Below are positions 14,154 to 21,824 of a stretch of DNA of 46,189 nucleotides, in pieces; within the stretch, counting starts at the first letter, position 1, and every line of letters begins with the position of its first letter. The translations under genes were made by a program, and so were the position numbers. The notes beneath the pieces are model-generated. The model did not search any database. It worked only from the letters and a program-made list of their open reading frames with translations, and had not been told where the DNA came from. The stretch lies in IMG/VR virus record IMGVR_UViG_3300025302_000001; one strand, given 5' to 3'. This DNA comes from a virus.

Positions 14154-14980
14154 CATTCGCCCATGCCTGCGAGCTTTATCGCGCCGCCGGCAAGGCAGAC
14201 CGCTTCCTCGATCCGATTGCGAAGTTTCTCGGTAACACCCTGGTCAAGGACTTGTCCGAAGGCTCGATCCAGATGATGGCGAAGAAGCTGTATCCGGACT
14301 ACAGCGGAGCGAGCCTCAACCGCGCCGTGATCGTGCCGACGCAGGCTGTGATTAATCACGCAGCCAAGGCGAAACTCTGCTCGCCGATCAAGGTGACGTG
14401 GTACAAGGAAGAGACGAAAATCAAAGAGCCGGTCACACTCGAATGGATCGAGGAATTCCGGAAAGAGGCGTCCCCTCACCTCGGCGCCATGGCCCTGTTC
14501 ATGTACCTGACCGGCGCGCGACCTAGCGAGGCAATTGCTGTGCAGTGGTCCGACATCGACCTGACCGACCGAACGGTCCGGATTCGCCAGACCAAGACCA
14601 GTGCGGAGCGGGTCTCTCACCTTCCGATGCCGCTTGTCGTCGCGCTCGCCAATCTGCCGAAGGTCCCCAAGCGGGGCGTGTTTGTCTACCAGCGCAGGCC
14701 CGACGCCTGGAACGCTTGGCAGGGCGCCATCGGCCGCGCCGGCATCAAGCCGCTGACCATGCATTCCTGCCGCCACGGCTTCGCTACAGGGCTTCTCCGG
14801 CGCGGGGTGGACGTTGTGACCGTCGCTTGGTTGGGCGGCTGGGCGAGCCCCGCACAGGTTCTACAGACCTATGGGCACGCCACGAAGAACCCGCGGCTGA
14901 CAGAGTTGCTCATTGGCACTGAACTGACACACATCCTCAACGACGAGGCGAAAAACAAAGACGCTGCAAAGGCTTCCTGA
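13967..14980 (+). CDS. int: Tyrosine integrase
   Basis: MPLKLYRRNGIYHYRG N-terminus. Catalytic signature residues: TGARPSE, HSCRHGFAT, LQTYGH. Confidence 0.95.
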   Translation: MPLKLYRRNGIYHYRGTVGPAGKRKRLRGSCQTTNQDIAARQIAELEAGYWKGHFDGPAAILTFAHACELYRAAGKADRFLDPIAKFLGNTLVKDLSEGSIQMMAKKLYPDYSGASLNRAVIVPTQAVINHAAKAKLCSPIKVTWYKEETKIKEPVTLEWIEEFRKEASPHLGAMALFMYLTGARPSEAIAVQWSDIDLTDRTVRIRQTKTSAERVSHLPMPLVVALANLPKVPKRGVFVYQRRPDAWNAWQGAIGRAGIKPLTMHSCRHGFATGLLRRGVDVVTVAWLGGWASPAQVLQTYGHATKNPRLTELLIGTELTHILNDEAKNKDAAKAS

Positions 14981-15058
14981 GATAGGGCTTCTCCTGCTCC
15001 AGGAAGATACTCCGGAACTGACGACGCAAAATTCCTCTTCAAATCAAAGGACTAAGAC

Positions 15059-15346
15059 ATGACCGAAGTAACCGAAGGTGCACCGGAAGGCATGAACGAC
15101 TCGGGAACATGCACGCCGGTTGACCCAAAACTGACACAGCCACGTTCTTGGCCCGTTCTCCGCGCCTCGATGATCAAGCGGCGCGAGATCGAAGGAGCCG
15201 AGAGCCCCAAAGGCCGCGCCCTCTCCAACCTGATTGAGATGGGCGACAACGCCGAGACCTATGTTCGCCCGAGTTGGGCTACCGATCGCCGCCAAGCGCT
15301 GCCCTACTTCATGGAGCGCGAGGCCGCACGTCTTGGTGGGATGTGA
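15059..15346 (+). CDS. Hypothetical protein (95 aa)
   Basis: AAGGA upstream of the ATG. Confidence 0.55.
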   Translation: MTEVTEGAPEGMNDSGTCTPVDPKLTQPRSWPVLRASMIKRREIEGAESPKGRALSNLIEMGDNAETYVRPSWATDRRQALPYFMEREAARLGGM

Positions 15347-15360
15347 GGAGCGAGGATGCC

Positions 15361-15603
15361 ATGCAGGGCCTTAGATTTTTTCAGCGGACAAACGACAAGC
15401 ATTGGCGGAATCTGGCGTCGTACCACGACCCCAACTCCATCACCTGGTCGTGGATTTTGTCATTCGGCACGAGGAAGCCTGACGAGCCGTGGGTTTGGTA
15501 CTTCTTCCACTCTAGTAGGCGCCGCTGGGATCTGTGTCTGCTGAGCTTCCGGCTGTGCTGGCAGACGCAAAGCAAGATGCCGTATCGCCGTTCCACGCCC
15601 TGA
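15361..15603 (+). CDS. Hypothetical Trp-rich protein (80 aa)
   Basis: Start reset to MQGLRFFQ (GAGGAG upstream). Ends in the repeated 16-mer CTGACGAGGAGAGTGC. Confidence 0.45.
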   Translation: MQGLRFFQRTNDKHWRNLASYHDPNSITWSWILSFGTRKPDEPWVWYFFHSSRRRWDLCLLSFRLCWQTQSKMPYRRSTP

Positions 15604-15653
15604 CGAGGAGAGTGCGAGACCCCACCCTGTAACAATACGTGATTACGAAATAG

Positions 15654-15679
15654 TTGCGTATACGCAAATTATGCGTATA
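15654..15679. promoter_or_regulatory. Perfect 14-bp palindrome TTGCGTATACGCAA (15654..15667) plus half-site ATGCGTATA (15671..15679) in an AT-rich spacer
   Basis: Read directly. Lies upstream of the 54-aa / HTH gene pair. Confidence 0.45.
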
Positions 15680-15708
15680 GTAATCTCCATCAACCACGGA
15701 GAACGTAA

Positions 15709-15873
15709 ATGACCAAGCTGACCCTCGGAACCGCCCAGATGACCATCCGCTCGAACGGTTCGGTTTTCCTTCGCTATATGAACGTCGGCTCGTTCCTGGT
15801 TGGCGAGCGGGCTTGCTTCGATGAAGCCGAGGCTCGCGAGTTCTGCCGTAGCCGCGGCATCCGGGTTCTTTGA
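15709..15873 (+). CDS. Hypothetical protein (54 aa)
   Basis: GGAG 8 nt upstream. MTKLTLGTAQMTIRSNGSVFLRYMNVGSFLVGERACFDEAEAREFCRSRGIRVL. Below the track cutoff. Confidence 0.5.
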   Translation: MTKLTLGTAQMTIRSNGSVFLRYMNVGSFLVGERACFDEAEAREFCRSRGIRVL

Positions 15874-16058
15874 TGACCCCAGCCCAATACAAAGCTGCCA
15901 TCAAGGCGCTGGGGCTGTCTCAGGAGCGTGCCGGGAATTGGCTAGGTGTCTCTCTCCGCACCAGCCAGAACTACGCCGCTAAGGGGCCTCCAGAGCCCGT
16001 CGCCAAGCTTCTACGCCTTTGCATCAAGCTCAAGCTTAATCCTGAGGACGTAAAATGA
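15873..16058 (+). CDS. Small HTH protein (61 aa)
   Basis: MTPAQYKAAIKALGLSQERAGNWLGVSLRTSQNYAAKG. TGATG coupling. Confidence 0.65.
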   Translation: MTPAQYKAAIKALGLSQERAGNWLGVSLRTSQNYAAKGPPEPVAKLLRLCIKLKLNPEDVK

Positions 16059-16477
16059 ACGAGACCCGCATCATCCCCTGCGAAGCCTGTGGCGGCGACG
16101 GCGGCTTTACGGAGCCCGTCAGCATGAGCCCGTTCAGTGGCCGAATCCGTGAGCAGGTTTTCGAGTGCCACGCCTGCGGCGGGACCGGCGAAGTCGAGGT
16201 CGAACTTCAAGAGATCGAGATGGAGGATCTGACGATGCGTGAAGAGATCATCGAAGAATGCGCCAAGGTCGTGGAACCGAAGGGGCCTCGGCCTTGCGAT
16301 TGTGAGCGCTGCGACTGCGGCAATCACGGGGATATGGCGGCGGTTGCTGCTTGGGACGCAGATGCGGCTAACGCCAGGGCCATTAGGGCGCTGTGCGCCG
16401 AAGCCAAGGATTATGACGCCATGCTCACCACCGGCGTTATCCCGGAATCGCTCCGACATCGATTCAAGTCGGCATAG
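16055..16477 (+). CDS. Protein with two DnaJ-type CxxCxGxG zinc-finger motifs
   Basis: CEACGGDG and CHACGGTG, plus a CDCERCDCGNH cluster. Confidence 0.6.
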   Translation: MNETRIIPCEACGGDGGFTEPVSMSPFSGRIREQVFECHACGGTGEVEVELQEIEMEDLTMREEIIEECAKVVEPKGPRPCDCERCDCGNHGDMAAVAAWDADAANARAIRALCAEAKDYDAMLTTGVIPESLRHRFKSA

Positions 16478-16526
16478 GGTTCGGCGGTGAGGCGGGGTCA
16501 CTGCCTGACACAAATAGGAGAATGAA

Positions 16527-16883
16527 ATGAACGCATCTGCACCATGCCCCAAGGATTCCGCGATCATGCAGACCTGGGAGATGTACAAACTATCTGAGGA
16601 ATACAGGAACAGCCGTAGTTGGGCCACGCGATTTATTCCCGACGACGACCCGGCCGAGCTGGAGCGCATCCGAGCCAACGGCTCAAACCCGTGGACCAAA
16701 GAAATGAAGATACAAGCCGTCGAGGGATCGCTGTGGGCGGCATTCCTGCATGGGTGGCTGGAGGCCGGCGGTGCCGATCCTCACAAGCCGCTTCCGACCT
16801 TGGAGGAACTCGAACACCTGATCAATAGCGTGGACGATATCCCGATCGAGATCATGCCGAATGGCAGTATCCGCAGGATCTAG
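16527..16883 (+). CDS. Hypothetical protein (118 aa)
   Basis: AGGAG upstream. Confidence 0.6.
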   Translation: MNASAPCPKDSAIMQTWEMYKLSEEYRNSRSWATRFIPDDDPAELERIRANGSNPWTKEMKIQAVEGSLWAAFLHGWLEAGGADPHKPLPTLEELEHLINSVDDIPIEIMPNGSIRRI

Positions 16884-16910
16884 GGGTACGGCGCTCTGGC
16901 AAGGGGAACG

Positions 16911-17096
16911 ATGATGATGATCGACGGAAAGACTGAACTAGAGTTTAGCGATTGGCAGCGCACGCCTTGGTGGCTGTTTTGGCGGCCAACATGGCGCCGA
17001 TATCACTGGCGCTGGACGGTCGATTGGCGGGGCTGCGAATGCGTCTACGCTTGGCAGTACGCGCCGAGTGGCTTTCATCCGGCCGACCCGATCTGA
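16911..17096 (+). CDS. Hypothetical Trp-rich protein (61 aa)
   Basis: WQRTPWWLFWRPTWRRYHWRWTVDWRG. Ends in the repeated 16-mer CTGACGAGGAGAGTGC. Confidence 0.5.
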   Translation: MMMIDGKTELEFSDWQRTPWWLFWRPTWRRYHWRWTVDWRGCECVYAWQYAPSGFHPADPI

Positions 17097-17115
17097 CGAG
17101 GAGAGTGCTGAACCC

Positions 17116-17331
17116 ATGAGCGACATCGTTGAACGACTGCGGAACTTCCGTCGTGGAGAAGCCCCTCAGATCATGTTTGAGGCTGCCGACGAGATCGAGA
17201 GGCAGTTTGATAAAGTCACAAAATACGAAGCCGCACTGCGCAATATCGCCAACAAGTGCCCGGCCACATGCGACATGACCTTAGCCCATGAGATGGCGCA
17301 AGAGGCTGAAGGTGCACTTAGAGGAGAATGA
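17116..17331 (+). CDS. Hypothetical protein (71 aa)
   Basis: Start reset to MSDIVERL. The SD is supplied by the repeated 16-mer. Confidence 0.55.
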   Translation: MSDIVERLRNFRRGEAPQIMFEAADEIERQFDKVTKYEAALRNIANKCPATCDMTLAHEMAQEAEGALRGE

Positions 17332-17445
17332 GTATGCCTCCAGAACATTATCAACAACTGCCAAAAGGCGTTCGGTGCAGGTGCCTCAGACTATGGTGCG
17401 AGGCTGATGGAACTTACTGGTGCTGCAACATAAGGGCTCGGGAAA

Positions 17446-17637
17446 ATGAGCAACGAACAGATCTATTACGACCGCCTGAAACGCATCGCCAAGGGGTCCC
17501 AGAAGACGAGCCAGCTTCGTCGCAATAGCGAACGCGGCTTCGGACTGGATTATATCGAAGCGCTGGAGATGGCCTACGAGAACCTGCAAGAAGCGGCGGC
17601 AAGCGCTATCCGCGGCAAGCGCAGGCCGAAGCAATAG
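17446..17637 (+). CDS. Hypothetical basic protein (63 aa)
   Basis: Strong third-position GC by eye. Confidence 0.55.
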   Translation: MSNEQIYYDRLKRIAKGSQKTSQLRRNSERGFGLDYIEALEMAYENLQEAAASAIRGKRRPKQ

Positions 17638-17664
17638 GGGTTACTCGGTGAGGCGGGGGAAGTC

Positions 17665-17958
17665 ATGAAGCGGCAGTTTGACATTGCAGAACTGGTGAGA
17701 CCGGACGGTGTGGTTCCGGTCGATATCGAAACTACGGCCGGGTTGGTCAGGGAGGTGCTGAGGCTCCGCAAGGGCATCCAAGACTTTCTGGATGGCAACT
17801 ACCCCCACCCGCGCAGCTACCGGGCACAAGGCCCACAGACCAAATGCCCTCACGGCCATTACTACTACGAGGACTGCAATAGCTGCGATACGGAGCACTT
17901 CTCGCGCCTGCTCGGCGAGACGTACACACTTCGGCAAGGCAACCAAGGGAGCGCATAA
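17665..17958 (+). CDS. Hypothetical protein (97 aa) with a CPHGH...CNSC cluster
   Basis: The SD lies within the repeated CGGTGAGGCGGGG motif. Confidence 0.6.
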   Translation: MKRQFDIAELVRPDGVVPVDIETTAGLVREVLRLRKGIQDFLDGNYPHPRSYRAQGPQTKCPHGHYYYEDCNSCDTEHFSRLLGETYTLRQGNQGSA

Positions 17959-18242
17959 TGGACGATCTATTTCAGCTCGACCGAGCGCTGACGCCAGCGG
18001 AGCGCCGCCGGCTGAATACGAAGCCGAAGGTGAAGAAGACCGGCCACGCTTGGCGCCCTGGTACGGGGCCGCAGGGCGAGACCTGCAAAACCTGCAAGCA
18101 TCTGGTCCGCAAGCAAATGTCCAAGGTCTACTTGAAGTGCGGTCTAATGCGAGCGCACTGGACTGGCGGCGGTGGGACCGATGTTCGCGCGGGCGATCCA
18201 GCTTGCCGCGAGTGGGCTTCAGAGCATTCGAATGGCAAGTGA
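17958..18242 (+). CDS. Hypothetical Cys-rich protein (94 aa)
   Basis: ETCKTCKHL...KCGL...DPACREW. TAATG coupling. Confidence 0.6.
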   Translation: MDDLFQLDRALTPAERRRLNTKPKVKKTGHAWRPGTGPQGETCKTCKHLVRKQMSKVYLKCGLMRAHWTGGGGTDVRAGDPACREWASEHSNGK

Positions 18243-18249
18243 GGACGAC

Positions 18250-18342
18250 ATGACGGGGATAGAGCGAGAGATTGCGGCCGGGATCACATGGTTCTTGTTC
18301 TTTGTGCTGCCGGTCCTGATCTTCTTTTGGCGTGGCGCGTAA
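18250..18342 (+). CDS. Tiny hydrophobic ORF (30 aa)
   Basis: MTGIEREIAAGITWFLFFVLPVLIFFWRGA. GAGGA upstream. Confidence 0.4.
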   Translation: MTGIEREIAAGITWFLFFVLPVLIFFWRGA

Positions 18343-18373
18343 TAACTTCTGACCGAACATTGAGGATAGGAAA

Positions 18374-18697
18374 ATGATCTATTTCGCTCGCGGCTTTGGT
18401 AGCCCGCTTGACGACCTCGCTCCTGAAGTTGCGTCCTGCTTTGGTCTGGTCCTGAATCCGATGCGTGGAAGAATGGAGGAGCAGCGCCTGGTTGCCGTCT
18501 CCGAAATTAAGCCCGAGCTAGAAAACCTGCTCACCGGCGAGCGCGTTGATGGCTATCAGGACGACAACTGGAGCAAATGCTTCCGTTCCGGCGGACCACT
18601 AGAGTGGTTCAACCCACCCACGTTTCCAGATCGCGCGGACGATTGGGGGCACGGTATCATTGAGTTGCGGCGCGACGGATGGCGCCGGGTGGCATAA
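18374..18697 (+). CDS. Hypothetical protein (107 aa)
   Basis: GAGGATAGGA upstream. Confidence 0.6.
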   Translation: MIYFARGFGSPLDDLAPEVASCFGLVLNPMRGRMEEQRLVAVSEIKPELENLLTGERVDGYQDDNWSKCFRSGGPLEWFNPPTFPDRADDWGHGIIELRRDGWRRVA

Positions 18698-18726
18698 TTG
18701 GTGCTGAGCAGTCACGGAGCCGGTCC

Positions 18727-18852
18727 ATGAGCGAACACGACATAATGGTCCTGAAGATGATGTGCGGAACGATCATCTCCGGAATCAGCATGGTATTCTT
18801 TGCCTACGGCGCCGGCCTCATTTATCGAAGCTGGGGCTGGTGGCACTTATAA
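18727..18852 (+). CDS. Small hydrophobic ORF (41 aa)
   Basis: MSEHDIMVLKMMCGTIISGISMVFFAYGAGLIYRSWGWWHL. GGAG upstream. Confidence 0.4.
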   Translation: MSEHDIMVLKMMCGTIISGISMVFFAYGAGLIYRSWGWWHL

Positions 18853-18871
18853 GCGAACACGGAGAACTCCC

Positions 18872-19051
18872 ATGGCTATGATCGCCTACAAGGACGATGA
18901 CGGCGCAGACGTGATCATAAAGAACCCGTCAGACGAAGACATGGAAAAGATGTGGGGATGCATCGCAAGGCGCATCGCGCCGGAAGTTGCCAGTTCCTTG
19001 GCAAAAGACCCTGAGTTCTTGAAGGGGTTCCGGCCGTTCATAACGGCCTAG
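18872..19051 (+). CDS. Hypothetical protein (59 aa), tandem paralog 1
   Basis: MAMIAYKDDDGADVIIKNPSDEDMEKMWGCIARRI... GGAG upstream. Confidence 0.55.
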   Translation: MAMIAYKDDDGADVIIKNPSDEDMEKMWGCIARRIAPEVASSLAKDPEFLKGFRPFITA

Positions 19052-19075
19052 CGATGCTGGGCAAGGAGCATTGAA

Positions 19076-19273
19076 GTGAGCATTCTTCTTTACCGGGACC
19101 GGGATGGCCGCGACGTCGTGATCAAGAACCCGACTATGGCGGATTGGTCCGAATGTTTCCGGATCATCAGCGAACGCTTGAAAGGCGATATCGATCGTGA
19201 GTTTGCGCGAGATATGCGTGGGAGCCTCCTCTTGGAGGCCATCGCTGGGCAAGGAGGGAAAGGCCATGGTTGA
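19076..19273 (+). CDS. Hypothetical protein (65 aa, GTG start), tandem paralog 2
   Basis: SILLYRDRDGRDVVIKNPTMADWSECFRIISERL parallels the preceding gene. AAGGAG upstream. Confidence 0.55.
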   Translation: MSILLYRDRDGRDVVIKNPTMADWSECFRIISERLKGDIDREFARDMRGSLLLEAIAGQGGKGHG

Positions 19274-19457
19274 GCGCCGTATATCTTCGGAGCAATTTGC
19301 CATCTTGCGACGCGAGATGGTTGAGATGGAAGCCGAGGGCCATGGCCCCGAGGCTTGCGTCATCGGCGCGTGTAATGCGGCTGGAATCACGCCACCTCGC
19401 CCGTTCGAACCTGTCGAGATCGTGGTCGTTACTGGCCCACCTCCCCGTTCCCCCTGA
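19266..19457 (+). CDS. Hypothetical protein (63 aa)
   Basis: GGAGGG upstream of the ATG at 19266. Confidence 0.5.
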   Translation: MVERRISSEQFAILRREMVEMEAEGHGPEACVIGACNAAGITPPRPFEPVEIVVVTGPPPRSP

Positions 19458-19478
19458 GGAATTGAAAGAGACGGACGA

Positions 19479-20159
19479 ATGAGTATCATTGGAACTGTGG
19501 GCACGTGCCTCTTTTGTGGTGGTCCTTTCAAATTCCGGATCACAAAGCAACGGACGTGCTCAAAGCGTTGCTCGACTGAGCTGACGCGGAAAGAAAAGCG
19601 CGAACTTCTGCCACCGCGCCTAAAGAATGGATATCCATCGCCGATCAGAATCGACGGCGATGTTGCATACGTTTATCTAAGGGAGGGGGTTGAGGCTGCC
19701 ATCGATATCGCTGACATACCCTTGGTAGAGGGGCGTAGGTGGCGCTTGCTGGCCGGCAAGCACGGCCACTCCTATGCGATCGCCGGGTATACAATCAACG
19801 GCGATTTCACGACGATGCATCGTTGTTTGCTCGGAACACCTGATGATAAATTCGTGGATCATAAAGATGGAAACGGACTGAACAACCGACGAAGCAACAT
19901 CCGCAACTGCACGCCAGCCCAGAATAACGCCAATAGAATGGCGGCTCGCCTTGGCGTGATGGGCGCCTCTTTGGATAAAAGAAATGGTCGGTACAGATCG
20001 GCGATTGGCCACAATGGACGCACCATCAGGCTAGGCTCATATGCTACCAAAGAAGAGGCGGCAGCCGCATACCAAGGGGCCTCGCGCGCCCTTAAGGGCG
20101 AGTTTAGTCCATGGGGCATAGATGATGGGCAAGATCAGGATAATCAGACACACACCTGA
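19479..20159 (+). CDS. HNH endonuclease with a C-terminal AP2 DNA-binding domain (homing-endonuclease type)
   Basis: VDHKDGNGLNNRRSNIRNCTPAQN (HNH) and RYRSAIGHNGRTIRLGSYATKEEAAAAYQ (AP2). Visibly lower GC. Confidence 0.85.
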   Translation: MSIIGTVGTCLFCGGPFKFRITKQRTCSKRCSTELTRKEKRELLPPRLKNGYPSPIRIDGDVAYVYLREGVEAAIDIADIPLVEGRRWRLLAGKHGHSYAIAGYTINGDFTTMHRCLLGTPDDKFVDHKDGNGLNNRRSNIRNCTPAQNNANRMAARLGVMGASLDKRNGRYRSAIGHNGRTIRLGSYATKEEAAAAYQGASRALKGEFSPWGIDDGQDQDNQTHT

Positions 20160-20325
20160 GGGAATTCCTGACACTGGTAGCTTTGAAGTCCGATTCCCGA
20201 ACGGCGAGCCGAGCGTCTGGTTCTACTGGGACGATATCCCATCCCGCCGTCTACGCCCCGAGCAGGTCGACCAGGAGACCGCCAAGAAGCAGGCGCAGGA
20301 GTTCGCGAGGACGCAGGCTCAATAG
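20122..20325 (+). CDS. Hypothetical protein (67 aa), last gene of the rightward operon
   Basis: Track ORF. Its 3' end overlaps the convergent minus gene by 7 nt. Confidence 0.5.
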   Translation: MMGKIRIIRHTPEGIPDTGSFEVRFPNGEPSVWFYWDDIPSRRLRPEQVDQETAKKQAQEFARTQAQ

Positions 20326-21758
20326 CTCCCGATCGTCCCGCTCCCGCCATGCGTTCCTGAGTTCGCATGCGGGTTGCGCAGGTTGATCGTGGTCCCTGCC
20401 GAGGCGTTATAGTCGAGATAGGCCGGGTTGCCAGAAGCGAAGTTCGGCTTGCAGCGGTCGCACCACATGGTTGCCGTGTTGTCCGTCTGGAAGGCTGTAG
20501 TTCCGACGCCGTCGCCAAGGTCACTGGAGTACGTGCCTGCGAACAGCGATTTCGAGGTGTTGACGTGGCGAACCGAGCCGCCCCGATTGTTCGGATAGTA
20601 GCCTGCCAGGTCGATCCCGATGCAGCCCTCGTGGCCCGTGTGGCCGTTGTTCGAGGTCGAGGCCAGCCGGCCGTTGTCCGTACCCGAGCAGTTCACAGTC
20701 AGCCACTGAAGCCCGTTCGCTTGGGCATCGTGGAAATTGATCCCATCGCTCGCATTGGCCGATCCCTCGCAGCCATAGAGATAGGCCAGCCCCTTCATGC
20801 TCTCGATGCCGAAGCCGCGAGAGCCAGTATTGACCACGCCGCCGGCATATTTGGCAGAGCAGTTCTTGGCGACGAAGACGCGCTTAAGGGCCGACGATGC
20901 AGTCAGACGATAGTCGAACGTCGCAGCCGAATTGCCGCCTTCCGCGTCTATGTTCTCCAGGTAGACGTTCACAGCGGTCGTGAACGAGAACAGTGTCACG
21001 CCGGAACGATAGAGCCTGGTGTTGGTCGGTGTCGGAACAGCCCCATCAACCCGGCGGATGTAGATCTTGCTCGCGTCAGTTGCCCACAGGTCCGCCGTCG
21101 TCGGCGTCGTCGCGTTCAGCGTCGTCGGATCGGCGAGTTTCGTGAAGTCCTTGTTGGTCTGGACGCCATAGGTGGAGAATCCGGTCTGGACGAGACGATT
21201 GCAAAGCCGGTCGATGCTGGTCAGCGCGAGCGAATAGCAGTTGGTGAAGGTGCCATCGAGCGTGAAGGTGCCGAAGCTGTCGAAGGTGCCAGTCGTCACC
21301 CGGCCACCGGTCGCGACGAAGGCGATGTCAATGGTTGGAACCGTTCCAACAGGGCCGATCGCGCGGACGTATTCGCCGGATGCGATGTTGACCTTGGCCG
21401 TGCTCTGGCCGGACGCATTGGCGAGCTGAATAGCTTTTGTGATCGATGCGAGAGGAGCCCCCGTGGACAGCCCGTTATTGCTGTCGCTAGGCGTCGGAGA
21501 ACTCCCTGGAGCTCCAACGAAGTACGTGACACCCGGATTTGCTCGAGCTGCGGACTGCCCATCGAACAGCGCTTCGGGCGTAATGCCGGCGTCGCCCGTT
21601 GCCAAGGATAGGCCGCCAGGGTCTGAGATGCGCGGACTGATCGGCCATGATGCGGTATCGAAGCCAAGAGCCGGAGGGATGTAGACGGAGCCATTTCTTC
21701 CAATGGAGCCGAGGTGCCCCGTGCCCCTACCCATGCTCCCCAACCGTCCAAAGCTCAT
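20319..21758 (-). CDS. Right-handed beta-helix (pectate-lyase-fold-like) protein; putative polysaccharide depolymerase/tailspike
   Basis: TYFVGAPGSSPTPSDSNNGLSTGAPLASITKAI motif, then Gly/Asn/Thr-rich repetitive strands. Last gene of the late operon. Confidence 0.5.
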   Translation of the reverse strand: MSFGRLGSMGRGTGHLGSIGRNGSVYIPPALGFDTASWPISPRISDPGGLSLATGDAGITPEALFDGQSAARANPGVTYFVGAPGSSPTPSDSNNGLSTGAPLASITKAIQLANASGQSTAKVNIASGEYVRAIGPVGTVPTIDIAFVATGGRVTTGTFDSFGTFTLDGTFTNCYSLALTSIDRLCNRLVQTGFSTYGVQTNKDFTKLADPTTLNATTPTTADLWATDASKIYIRRVDGAVPTPTNTRLYRSGVTLFSFTTAVNVYLENIDAEGGNSAATFDYRLTASSALKRVFVAKNCSAKYAGGVVNTGSRGFGIESMKGLAYLYGCEGSANASDGINFHDAQANGLQWLTVNCSGTDNGRLASTSNNGHTGHEGCIGIDLAGYYPNNRGGSVRHVNTSKSLFAGTYSSDLGDGVGTTAFQTDNTATMWCDRCKPNFASGNPAYLDYNASAGTTINLRNPHANSGTHGGSGTIGSY

Positions 21759-21771
21759 GGTATCTCCAAAT

Positions 21772-21805
21772 GCAAAAAGCTCCCGCGCGCCGCAGCGCCG
21801 AGAGC
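21772..21805 (-). terminator. Intrinsic terminator between the DUF4406 gene and the beta-helix gene
   Basis: The minus strand reads GCTCTCGGCGC-TGCG-GCGCGCGGGAGC (one bulge) followed by TTTTTGC. Confidence 0.55.
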
Positions 21806-21824
21806 GTGATAGGTGGTTGTGGGT

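Noticed and set aside
13886-14776. 296-aa minus-strand ORF
   Set aside because: It is antisense to the integrase gene, which has the full catalytic signature.
17328-17528. 66-aa plus-strand ORF (MSMPPEHYQQ...)
   Set aside because: Third-position GC is low throughout by hand count. It overlaps the clearly coding 17446..17637 frame by 83 nt. 17332..17445 is more likely a spacer.
17641-18360. 239-aa minus-strand ORF
   Set aside because: It is antisense to three coupled plus-strand genes. Arg/Pro/Ala-rich shadow frame.
20367-21611. 414-aa plus-strand ORF
   Set aside because: It is antisense to the beta-helix gene. The Arg/Ala/Val-rich product has no domain-like features, so it is a high-GC shadow ORF.
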